Notes under the pieces: generated by a model
The model's input: the letters and a program-made list of their open reading frames with translations, nothing else
Told to the model about the DNA's origin: nothing
Database searches by the model: none
Shown: piece after piece, positions 41,092 to 49,614 of the stretch
How the letters are laid out: each line of letters opens with the position of its first letter
How positions within the stretch are numbered: the first letter of the stretch is position 1
Position numbers and translations under genes: made by a program
From: a bacterium
GTDB taxonomy: Bacteria > Electryoneota > Electryoneia > Electryoneales > Electryoneaceae
NCBI GenBank assembly: GCA_963675295.2
Contig: CAXXKJ010000002.1
Coordinates: 2,528,001-2,592,000 of the forward strand
DNA: 64,000 bases
Direction: 5' to 3'

Positions 41092-42564
41092 TCAATCCCC
41101 CGTTTCGATCAGCGCATCCATGCGCTCGAGTGGTGTTGGTTGGTCCTCATTGTCTACGGGCGTGCGTGGCAGCTCAATGGTAAAGCGGCTGCCCTCGCCT
41201 TCGGTGGTGTCCAGCTGAATGCTGCCACCGTGAGAGGTGATAATCTTGTCGGCGATGAACAGGCCGAGACCGGTGCCCTCGTTGCCCTTGGACGAAAAAA
41301 ACAGGCTGAAGGCCTTGTCCCGGGTTTCACGGTCCATTCCAATCCCGTTGTCTTCAATGGTGAAGGTGACCAGCTTGTCGGAACCTTCGACGTTTACGGA
41401 TACCTTGTGTTCGTCCTTTTTCTTGTCAACACGGCATGCGTCCAGAGAATTCTCGATCAGGTTGACCATGGTTGCGCGCAGAGCTTTGCGGTCGGCCTTG
41501 AATTCACCAGCTGACTCATCTGCGTGAATCGACAAATCAATGCCGAGATCGTCCGCTCGTGGTTGCACGACTTCCTGGATCACGTCGGCGAACTCGGTGG
41601 CGTCAATGCTCTCCCGGTCCAGATCACGGTCTTTGGCGTAGTAGAGGATATCCAGTACCATGCTGCGAATCCGGGCAACGTTACGCAGCACAATCTCCCA
41701 GCCCTGTTCGACCCGTTTCTCGTTGCCGTTTTTCATGCCGGAATTGACCAGGTATACTCCGCCGTCGAGCCCGTTCAGCAAGCCCTTGACACCATGCGAA
41801 ATTGAGCTGATCAGCAAGCCGATGTTTGTCAGCTGGGTTTGCAGTTGCCGGATCGGGGTGATGTCGGTGCTGATTTCGATGACGGCGTCAATCTCGCCGT
41901 CCACATTGCGCAGGGGGGAGGTGTGCACGAGTACGTTCAGCTTGAGATCATCCCGCGTGGCGACGACCTCCTCGTGTACATGAACCTCGCCGTCATCGAA
42001 GGTTTTCATGACGATACACGGCATGCAGGCCTCATTACGGTGCTTGTAAAGTTCGTAGCACTTGCCGCCGTATTGTTCGCCAAAGGTTTCCCGGTGAAGA
42101 CGGTTGGCATCGATCACGTTCAAGTCGCGGTCCTGGATTGAGATGAAGCAGGGCACTTCATCAAACAGCATCTGGTAGCGTTGCTGGCTTTCCCGCAATT
42201 GTTTCTGCAGGACTTTCATCTCGGTGACATCGGTCGACATTTCCATGACCGCCTTGATGTCGCCGTTGTCGTCAAGGATCGGGGTTGTGTTCACCAGTAC
42301 GGAGACGGTTTGGCCGTTGAGGCAGGTGACCACTTCGTCGCTGCGATGACCGAGACCGTCGCGGAAGGTGCGTTCAACCGGACACACCTCGCATTTCTCC
42401 GGCCGTTTCTTGTACACCTGGTAGCAATATCTGCCTTCGATGTCACCGAAGTTCTCCCGGAAACGACGATTGGCTGCAACGAGCTTCAGATCCTTGTCCT
42501 GCACGGAAACGTAGCAGGGCATTTCGTCGAAATACGTCTCGAAGTGAGCTTCGTTCATCACCAA
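41092..42564 (-). CDS. Soluble PAS-PAS sensor histidine kinase
   Basis: Two PAS domains each with C-x10-C-x2-C; H-box ISHGVKG; N box NLIENSLDA; DNGIG, GTGLGL. Confidence 0.9.
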   Translation of the reverse strand: MVMNEAHFETYFDEMPCYVSVQDKDLKLVAANRRFRENFGDIEGRYCYQVYKKRPEKCEVCPVERTFRDGLGHRSDEVVTCLNGQTVSVLVNTTPILDDNGDIKAVMEMSTDVTEMKVLQKQLRESQQRYQMLFDEVPCFISIQDRDLNVIDANRLHRETFGEQYGGKCYELYKHRNEACMPCIVMKTFDDGEVHVHEEVVATRDDLKLNVLVHTSPLRNVDGEIDAVIEISTDITPIRQLQTQLTNIGLLISSISHGVKGLLNGLDGGVYLVNSGMKNGNEKRVEQGWEIVLRNVARIRSMVLDILYYAKDRDLDRESIDATEFADVIQEVVQPRADDLGIDLSIHADESAGEFKADRKALRATMVNLIENSLDACRVDKKKDEHKVSVNVEGSDKLVTFTIEDNGIGMDRETRDKAFSLFFSSKGNEGTGLGLFIADKIITSHGGSIQLDTTEGEGSRFTIELPRTPVDNEDQPTPLERMDALIETGD

Positions 42565-42638
42565 CCTCCCGGGTAAATCCTCCAGACAACGGGTTTATCC
42601 CCGGCGAACCCTGTGTTCGCCGGGGAACAAGGCCGAAT

Positions 42639-44426
42639 TCAGTTCGATTCCACCGAATGCGTTTGATCACGCCTGGACAGATCGAGGATCTTCCGCACGT
42701 TTCGCATCAGCATCGCTTCATCGACCGGCTTGTCAACGTATCCCTCCGGTGGCGGAACCGAGCGTTCGTAGATTAATCGCCGCAGCTCGGGTTTACCGGA
42801 AATGATGCAGACAGGTATCTGGCTCGTTGCCTTTTCTTCGCGCAGACGCGAAAACACCCAGCCGCCGTCTTTGCCCGGCATGTTAATGTCGAGCGTGATC
42901 AGGTCAGGCTGCTCACGCATGGCGATTTCGACTGCTTCCTCGCCGTCCGTGGCGGTAAGAATCTTCGCGCCGTTGTCCTCCAGCACGGTGCTGAAGAATG
43001 TCAGGATGTCGGGTTCGTCATCGACGATCAGGATTGTCCGGTTAACCAGCGACTCAGCGTGTGCGACCACCTTTTCAGCCTCCTTCTCCACCGGCACGAC
43101 TACCGGCTTCTCCGGAATCACGAGCGCGTTGGCGACCAGGTTGACCAGCTGCGTGACTTCCATGCCCAGCTCATAGTGCTTGATGCAGTCACTGAGTCCG
43201 TCGACGCAGTTGTGGCATGAGGTGACGACGACCTCTGCGCCCGTTGCTTTCAACTGATCCGCTTTCACTTTCGCTGACTTCAGCCGCCGCGGGGCATACT
43301 CCGACATCGACATCGCGCCGCCGCCACCAGTGCAGCAGTAGTTTTCCGCGCGGTTCGGATACATTTCGCGGAAGTCTTCGCAGACCAGACGCAGCAACTC
43401 GCGTGGTTCCTCGAACAGGCCGCATGACCGGGCGTTGTTGCAGGAATCGTGGAAGGTGACCGGCTGAGGGTTCTTCGACTTGTCAACCTTGATCCGGCCT
43501 TCCTTGATGTAGTTCAGCATGGTGATCACGCTGGATTCCATCTCGAACGGGACATCCTTCTTCGCCCAGTTCGGGCCTTCGCAGCGGGTGGAACGGTAGC
43601 CGTGTCCGCATTCGCTGATCACCAACTTCCGTCCCTTCAGCTCAACCACCTTGTCGTACAGCATCCCGGCGACCGCACCGCCGAGGTCGTCATCACCGGA
43701 AAAGAGACCGAAGTTGGTCATGTCCCAGCCCTCGCTGGGCATGGTCCAGTCTTCACCGGCCATGTGGAAGATCTTTGCTGCGTCGGAGATGGTGCGTGGA
43801 TCATATTTGACTTCGCGCGGGTTGATCGAGTAGACCACGTTCGCGTTCTTCTTGTCGATCGGGATCTGAGCGGACTCATCGTCCAATTCGATCTGCATTT
43901 CGTCGGCCATCCATTCGAGCGTGTCGAGGTAATCTTCCTTCAACACACCCATCTGGTTTCCGATTTCCCATTGGTCCTTCGAAACCACTGCGACGCCTTC
44001 CGGCATCACGCCGACGCTGACCAGCATCCCGCGCAGCATGCGATTGAAGGTGGCAAAGTCAACGCCCATCGGGCAGTTGATCGTGCAGCGGCGGCAGTTT
44101 GTGCACTTGCCGAACGCGATATCCTTCAGCTCTTCCAGGTCCTCGTCGCTGAAGACGCTCTTTGCGCCGACCCACCACGGGAAGACTCGTCCGGTCCAAT
44201 CCACCTCACGCTTGAAGATCTTCCGCAATCGGTCCGCTTTGTACGCTGGCGCATACGTCACGTCTCCCGGATTGGTCTGCACGTAGTGGCAGGACTCGGT
44301 ACACATTCCGCAATGGACACATCCTACCAGCGACCCGACCACCTGACGGTTCAGCTTGCTCTTCATCCGGTTGAGCGCCATCTCCGCCTTGTGGGACCGC
44401 TGTTTACCGTTCGTCTGAACGCTCAT
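42639..44426 (-). CDS. TmcB/HmcF/DsrK-like Fe-S (CCG-domain) oxidoreductase fused to a C-terminal receiver domain
   Basis: CVHCGMCTESC, CTNCRRCTINCP, SECGHG, FHDSC, CCTGGGG, SCHNC; C-terminal ILIVDDEPD...LITLDINMP...KPVD. Confidence 0.85.
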   Translation of the reverse strand: MSVQTNGKQRSHKAEMALNRMKSKLNRQVVGSLVGCVHCGMCTESCHYVQTNPGDVTYAPAYKADRLRKIFKREVDWTGRVFPWWVGAKSVFSDEDLEELKDIAFGKCTNCRRCTINCPMGVDFATFNRMLRGMLVSVGVMPEGVAVVSKDQWEIGNQMGVLKEDYLDTLEWMADEMQIELDDESAQIPIDKKNANVVYSINPREVKYDPRTISDAAKIFHMAGEDWTMPSEGWDMTNFGLFSGDDDLGGAVAGMLYDKVVELKGRKLVISECGHGYRSTRCEGPNWAKKDVPFEMESSVITMLNYIKEGRIKVDKSKNPQPVTFHDSCNNARSCGLFEEPRELLRLVCEDFREMYPNRAENYCCTGGGGAMSMSEYAPRRLKSAKVKADQLKATGAEVVVTSCHNCVDGLSDCIKHYELGMEVTQLVNLVANALVIPEKPVVVPVEKEAEKVVAHAESLVNRTILIVDDEPDILTFFSTVLEDNGAKILTATDGEEAVEIAMREQPDLITLDINMPGKDGGWVFSRLREEKATSQIPVCIISGKPELRRLIYERSVPPPEGYVDKPVDEAMLMRNVRKILDLSRRDQTHSVESN

Positions 44427-44476
44427 GACTTTATCCTCATCGATTCGTCGTTATCCAAGGGTTTGCAACCTGCCTG

Positions 44477-45151
44477 TCATCCAGCCACACCGCCACGGCG
44501 TATCGGGTAGACCCCGCGCCGTCCCATCGTCTTGCCGAGATACCAGCGGGTAAAGGGGTAGTACAGGTAGTGGCTGATCTTGCTGAACGGCACGTACAGC
44601 AGGAAAAACATCGTCATCCAGAAGTAGATGTACTGCGCCCAGCCACCAGCCATGTCCGTAGCAAAAAACGCCAGCCCGAACCAGACCGTCAGCAACCACA
44701 CCGCGAAGTGATCGTCGGGAGTGCTGATCGCACGGACGTACTTGTCGGTCATCCGGCGAACGATTCGAAGCATCCCGACCAGGCAGGCCGCGCCGAGGAA
44801 GATCTTGAACAGCAGATGAACCACCGGTGATGCCGTGAATTCAGGTGCGAAAGGGATGGTGAAAGAAAGCGTAATCCCGGATACCACCCCAAGGTGGAAG
44901 AGGACGAACTGCATATAGAAGAACGGCTTTTTGCGTGTCGACTCCATCGCCCAGGGCATCGCGATGTTCATCAACGAATACATGCTGCCTTTTTTCGGAG
45001 TCGTGTCTGCCGCGCCGGTCGGTGCCTGGCGCTCCTTTCCGGCGGTGAAGCCGAAAAACCAGCGAAGACGAAGTATATACACGATGGCCATCACGATCAG
45101 GGCGTAATGGGCCATCGATTCAGCGAGGTGCATCGATTCAGGCGTTATCAT
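44477..45151 (-). CDS. TmcC/NarI-like membrane anchor (cytochrome b-like)
   Basis: About 5 TMs; FHLG, RAISTPDD, PFSKISH motifs; adjacent to the CCG protein. Confidence 0.75.
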   Translation of the reverse strand: MITPESMHLAESMAHYALIVMAIVYILRLRWFFGFTAGKERQAPTGAADTTPKKGSMYSLMNIAMPWAMESTRKKPFFYMQFVLFHLGVVSGITLSFTIPFAPEFTASPVVHLLFKIFLGAACLVGMLRIVRRMTDKYVRAISTPDDHFAVWLLTVWFGLAFFATDMAGGWAQYIYFWMTMFFLLYVPFSKISHYLYYPFTRWYLGKTMGRRGVYPIRRGGVAG

Positions 45152-45681
45152 GCCGCCACCTCCTTCGTATCCTCGTGCAACAGTTGAGCGAACGGTTGGT
45201 ACTCACGGTTGTTCATGGTGACAATCACGATTTCCTTGATCGACGATCCACGCCGGGCGTGGTCGACGAAGGTGTTGACCATCACCTTGGCACATTCCTG
45301 GATCGGAATGCCGTAGAAACCAGCACCCATCGGCGGGTAGGCGATCCGTGTGATGCCCTTTTCCACCGCAGCCGCAAGCGTGTTCACCAGCGTTGTTTTC
45401 AGCTTGCCGGCCATGTCCGTTTCCTGGAACTTCGGCCCGTTGGCGTGGATGATATATTCCGCTGGCAGGTCGCCCGCGCTGGACACCACAGCCTGGAGCG
45501 GGGCAAGGGGGGCGAGATTGTTGAGTTCCTCCTGCACGGACGGACCTCCGCGCATCGAGATCGCATTCCCGAAGCCGGTGCCGAGCTTCAAATCCTCAGT
45601 CGCATAGAAGGCGATCGCTTCGATCTCAGTCAGTGTCATGTCGCCTTGTTCGACGCGAATCGTTGTCCCGTTTACGTGCAT
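45148..45681 (-). CDS. Macrodomain protein (divergent)
   Basis: QGDMT, GNAI..RGG, AGDLPAEYIIHANGP, IAYPPMGAGFYG; start ATG 45681. Confidence 0.85.
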   Translation of the reverse strand: MHVNGTTIRVEQGDMTLTEIEAIAFYATEDLKLGTGFGNAISMRGGPSVQEELNNLAPLAPLQAVVSSAGDLPAEYIIHANGPKFQETDMAGKLKTTLVNTLAAAVEKGITRIAYPPMGAGFYGIPIQECAKVMVNTFVDHARRGSSIKEIVIVTMNNREYQPFAQLLHEDTKEVAA

Positions 45682-45683
45682 AC

Positions 45684-45935
45684 TCACTCTCCCCCTGATG
45701 ATGTGGGTTGGTTGTCGGTGTGGAGTTCGGGGATGTCCCAATGGCCGGACTGGATGTGCATCGAACGTTCGCGTTCTGCTTCCCGCCGCAGTTTCCACGC
45801 GGCGTCGCGCAGTGTGCCGTACAACACGCCGCAGCTGGAATCAACCCGGTCACGATCCCCGAGGTCAGCGAGAACCATCATTTCGCGCGTGAGGCGCAAG
45901 ACTTCCTGGATGTGTTCGTTGAACGGCTCCGGCAT
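45684..45935 (-). CDS. Small conserved hypothetical protein
   Basis: LADLGDRDRVDSSCGVLYGTLRDAAWKLR; first gene behind the sigma54 promoter. Confidence 0.65.
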   Translation of the reverse strand: MPEPFNEHIQEVLRLTREMMVLADLGDRDRVDSSCGVLYGTLRDAAWKLRREAERERSMHIQSGHWDIPELHTDNQPTSSGGE

Positions 45936-46010
45936 GATTCGCATGCTCCCACGCTCGTGACGAACAGCCCCGGTTGCCGAGCGGCAACCATTTCGTTCAA
46001 TCCTTCACAA

Positions 46011-46027
46011 AGCATGCGGCGTGCCAA
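46011..46027 (-). promoter_or_regulatory. Sigma54 (-24/-12) promoter
   Basis: Minus strand TTGGCACGCCGCATGCT = TGGCACG-N4-(A)TGC with correct spacing; bEBP gene adjacent. Confidence 0.8.
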
Positions 46028-46105
46028 TCTCGAAAAGCGGAGTGCGGCAACGGCGAAAGCTGTGAAATAGAAAGGAGTTAGCTTGTGATGATTCCTGGGA
46101 GAATG

Positions 46106-46306
46106 TGAACACGATTTGTCCAGTGTCCAGCGGGTTTCTGTACACTGTCGAAAGCGGAAACTCAGTTGATGATGTCGGTTTGGATGGATCGTAACAAACT
46201 GTTCGTGTTACAATTAGCAGAGGAGTCTTGAGCGCCGGCAACTGTGGACAGGGGTGTTCAACTATGTTTCTGGACAGATGTGTTCAATGGACAGGGTTGT
46301 TGGACA
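46106..46306. promoter_or_regulatory. Candidate enhancer (UAS) array of TGGACA/TGTCCA/TGTTCA half-sites
   Basis: TGGACA-N4-TGTTCA at 46245 and 46271; further half-sites at 46106, 46117, 46124, 46288, 46301. Confidence 0.5.
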
Positions 46307-46327
46307 GGATGGGACGAGCTGTGGGTC

Positions 46328-46418
46328 GCGGACTACGGACTGCGGACCACAGGATGCGGGCTATTGTCCTGAGCCTAGCGTCGTGAGTCGAGAGACCAGA
46401 GACTAGAGACAAGAGACT
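46328..46418. repeat. Heptamer tandem repeats (CGGACTN x3; AGAGACN x4)
   Basis: cggacta cggactg cggacca; agagacc agagact agagaca agagact. Confidence 0.7.
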
Positions 46419-46430
46419 GCCGTATCAGGT

Positions 46431-46521
46431 GTCATTCTGAACATCGCGAAGCGGTGTGAAGAATCTCCTGACAGGCAGCAGGTTGAACAATCTGGAGATC
46501 CTTCACTTCGTTCAGGATGAC
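46431..46521. repeat. REP-like palindromic element
   Basis: GTCATTCTGAAC...GAAGAATCTCC...GGAGATCCTTC...GTTCAGGATGAC nested inverted repeats. Confidence 0.7.
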
Positions 46522-46554
46522 GTCCTTAATAACTCATCACCCATGACTCAAGAC

Positions 46555-48366
46555 TCACGGCTCATCCAGCATCTTGTACAGCGTGGTCCGGCTGACACCG
46601 AGCAGGCGCGCGGCCTTGGCCTTGTTACCGTCCACCTGGGCCATCACCGCCTGGACTTCGCCGAGGTGCAGTTTTGCCGGTCGGCCGGGCTGAGCGACTT
46701 TCTTCGGTTCGGCCAGTCCCTCCAACACTTCCGGCGGAAGATGGTTGGGCTGAATGACGCCGGTCCGTGTCTTGATGATTCCGTATTGGATCGCGTTTCG
46801 CAGCTCACGCACGTTCCCAGGCCACGGATACCGCATCAGAATGTCCATCGTGTTCTGGGAGACCTGCACCCGTTCCGCGCCGATCTGCGTGGACACCTGA
46901 TCGAGATAGTAGTCCACCAGCGCGGGGATGTCGTCGCAACGCTCACGTAACGGCGGCAGCGTAATCGGCACGACCGCAAGCCGATAGTACAAATCCTCAC
47001 GGAACTTGCCCTGTTGCGTCATCTCTTTCAAGTTGCGGTTGGTTGCGCAGAGGATCTGAACGTCGACCTTGATCGAACGTTCCCCACCAACCGGCACAAA
47101 CTGTGATTCCTGCAGTACGCGCAACAGTTTAACCTGCAAACTCGGTGTGATTTCGCCGATTTCGTCGAGGAACAGGATGCCGCCGTCCGCCAGCTCGAAG
47201 CGTCCCTTCTTGTCACGGATCGCGCCGGTGAACGCGCCGCGTACGTGCCCGAAAATCTCGCTTTCGAGGGTTCCTTCCGGCAATGCCCCGCAATTGACCG
47301 GCACGAATGGTTTGTTCGCCCGTGGGCCAATTTCATGCAGGGCTTTGGCGATCATTTCCTTGCCGGTACCGCTTTCGCCCTGGATCAGGATCGGCACGTT
47401 GACATGCGCCAGCTCCTCCACCGAATCGTAGACCCGCTGCATGGACGGATGCGATCCGATCATGCCGTGGAACCCGCCCTGCCCGGATGATTTCCGCCGC
47501 AATGTGTTGAGTTCGGTCATGTCGCGGAACAGCACCAGTGCACCGATCACGCCGCGATCATCGGTGTCGAGTGTGACCACGGACATTTCGATGTCGCGCA
47601 CGATGCCATCCCGCTTGACGAACGATGTCGGGTAGCGAAGGCGTGCTTCCGAATGGTTGGGGGTGAGGCAGAACGAACAGTCCCCGCCGCAGAAGCGATC
47701 GGGAAACACCTTGTGACAGTCAAGACCGATGACTTCATTGGCGCTGTAACCGGTGATTAATTCAGCAGTTCGGTTCCAGAGGAAGATGCGCCGGTTGCGG
47801 TCGTGCGCCATTACGCCATCGGTGAGGTGATTGATCAGCGAACCGAACGTCAACCGAATCCGCAGGCCGGCCTCGAGCAGGGGATCGTTGAACAGGTCGC
47901 GTAATCGGGCATTCAACAGGTAATCCAGCTCAGGCAGGCGGTCGTTCGATGGCTGATTCGTGTCCATCGGATCCGGGAAACCCAGCTCACTCGGCCGCCA
48001 GCAAATGCGTATCGGCAGCCCTGCGAACACGAGATCCGGTGGCAACGGGTGATTGTTCATCTGGATCACGATGTCATGCGTGGATGCGGTGGCATCCTGC
48101 TGGGAATAGAACACCGGGATCGGGTGGCCGGTAGTTGGATCGGGATGGTCTGCAGCGCCGGCGGTGAAAGAAGCATCCCCCGATTCAGCCGGCTCGGCGG
48201 CGTGCATCAGGGGATGGATAGTTGCTTCAGACGTGGTGCTGGATGGTATGGCATCTGATCCGGCGTACGCTACCTGCCAGACTCGTGGAACAACCTGGCA
48301 GCACAGCCGGGCCGTGCGTTCCGCAAGCCAACCGGCCTCGGTCGAGAAGAACAGGATTCGCGGCAT
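46555..48366 (-). CDS. Sigma54-dependent enhancer-binding protein (degenerate ArsC/LMW-PTP-like + PAS + AAA+ + Fis HTH)
   Basis: GESGTGKE, GAFTGA, LFLDEIGE, FREDLYYRL, WPGNVREL, GNKAKAARLLGVSRTTLY. Confidence 0.93.
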   Translation of the reverse strand: MPRILFFSTEAGWLAERTARLCCQVVPRVWQVAYAGSDAIPSSTTSEATIHPLMHAAEPAESGDASFTAGAADHPDPTTGHPIPVFYSQQDATASTHDIVIQMNNHPLPPDLVFAGLPIRICWRPSELGFPDPMDTNQPSNDRLPELDYLLNARLRDLFNDPLLEAGLRIRLTFGSLINHLTDGVMAHDRNRRIFLWNRTAELITGYSANEVIGLDCHKVFPDRFCGGDCSFCLTPNHSEARLRYPTSFVKRDGIVRDIEMSVVTLDTDDRGVIGALVLFRDMTELNTLRRKSSGQGGFHGMIGSHPSMQRVYDSVEELAHVNVPILIQGESGTGKEMIAKALHEIGPRANKPFVPVNCGALPEGTLESEIFGHVRGAFTGAIRDKKGRFELADGGILFLDEIGEITPSLQVKLLRVLQESQFVPVGGERSIKVDVQILCATNRNLKEMTQQGKFREDLYYRLAVVPITLPPLRERCDDIPALVDYYLDQVSTQIGAERVQVSQNTMDILMRYPWPGNVRELRNAIQYGIIKTRTGVIQPNHLPPEVLEGLAEPKKVAQPGRPAKLHLGEVQAVMAQVDGNKAKAARLLGVSRTTLYKMLDEP

Positions 48367-48687
48367 GGTTCATCCAGAAGTGGGGGCTCCTGCCGCAAAT
48401 ATAGGAAAATGTGTCACCCAACCTCTAGTGAAGTTGATCAAAAAACAAACTTTTACCGGACGGATCGGACGATGGTTGCTGATTGTACCCGTTCGGTAGG
48501 GCGGCAAGATCGGCTGGGACGCACCTGATTTTGCCTGGCAGCATGCCGGGGAATGGAAAAACCTGGTTTTTATATCCTTGTTAAATCAACAATTACAGAG
48601 TAGTGAACGGTTACGAATCCCCGGCACATGAGTTGCATTCCTCACGGTGGATACGTTTCTCCGAACGTGAAGCTGGCTGGAGCAGAC

Positions 48688-49599
48688 ATGCGCAAGACCC
48701 TCGTGCTGCACATCGGGATGCACAAGACCGCGACGACCTCGATTCAGTCGCACCTGCTGCACCATCGAGCAATGTTGCGGCAGATGGGGGTGGAGTATAT
48801 CCCCGGGTTGGTCAAGATCGCGAGATTGATCCGCAACCGCGCCCCGATGACAGAAGAAAGCGTGCGGGAGCTGCAGGCGCACATCGAACCACTGCTATCC
48901 CTGCAGGCACCGATTCTACTTGGCAGCGCGGAAGCGTTTTTCGGGCGTTTCATGGCGAAACCGCCGGTGATGATTAACTCGCACGCATGCGCGTCCGACT
49001 TGAAGCGTATTCTCGAACCGTTCGGCCTGGATGTGAAGCTGTTCGCGGCAGTCCGGCGGCAGGATACATGGCTGGAGTCGGCGTATCAGCATTCAGTGAA
49101 GTGGAATTATGACCTGACGTTTGACGAATGGCACGCTCAGCTGGACCTCGATCTGTTTCACTGGGATCGCCTGCTCGACGGGTTCGCAGAACAGTTCGGG
49201 AAGGCCAATCTGCACGTACACCCATACGAACGCTTGTTCAAGCCGGATGGAGAGGGTGTGCGACGGTTGTACCGCCTGTTTGGAGCGGAACATCTCGCCG
49301 ATCCGAAGACCTTTCCGCGCAGCAATCCGGGTATCTCGAAACGCTGGCTGGAGGTGTTACGCCGGGCGAATTCGCTGATCGACCGCAAGGAATGCCAGCG
49401 GCTGCGGTTCTTCCTGGAACACGAATTTCCGCGCAAATCGGGCGACAAGACGATCTATTTCAGCGACGAACAACGGGTAGCGTTGCTCGAGCACTTCAGC
49501 GAATCAAATCAACGACTGTTCGACGAGTACGTTCCGGAAGGGATCGACAACAGGTACACTGTCGCGGCGGTGATGGGACGGGAAACGTTGACCGTGTGA
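48688..49599 (+). CDS. Sulfotransferase-like P-loop protein
   Basis: LHIGMHKTATTSIQ, SAE, VRRQD.WLESAYQ; start ATG 48688 with GGAG. Confidence 0.6.
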   Translation: MRKTLVLHIGMHKTATTSIQSHLLHHRAMLRQMGVEYIPGLVKIARLIRNRAPMTEESVRELQAHIEPLLSLQAPILLGSAEAFFGRFMAKPPVMINSHACASDLKRILEPFGLDVKLFAAVRRQDTWLESAYQHSVKWNYDLTFDEWHAQLDLDLFHWDRLLDGFAEQFGKANLHVHPYERLFKPDGEGVRRLYRLFGAEHLADPKTFPRSNPGISKRWLEVLRRANSLIDRKECQRLRFFLEHEFPRKSGDKTIYFSDEQRVALLEHFSESNQRLFDEYVPEGIDNRYTVAAVMGRETLTV

Positions 49600-49614
49600 T
49601 GGATGAAGGTCTGC

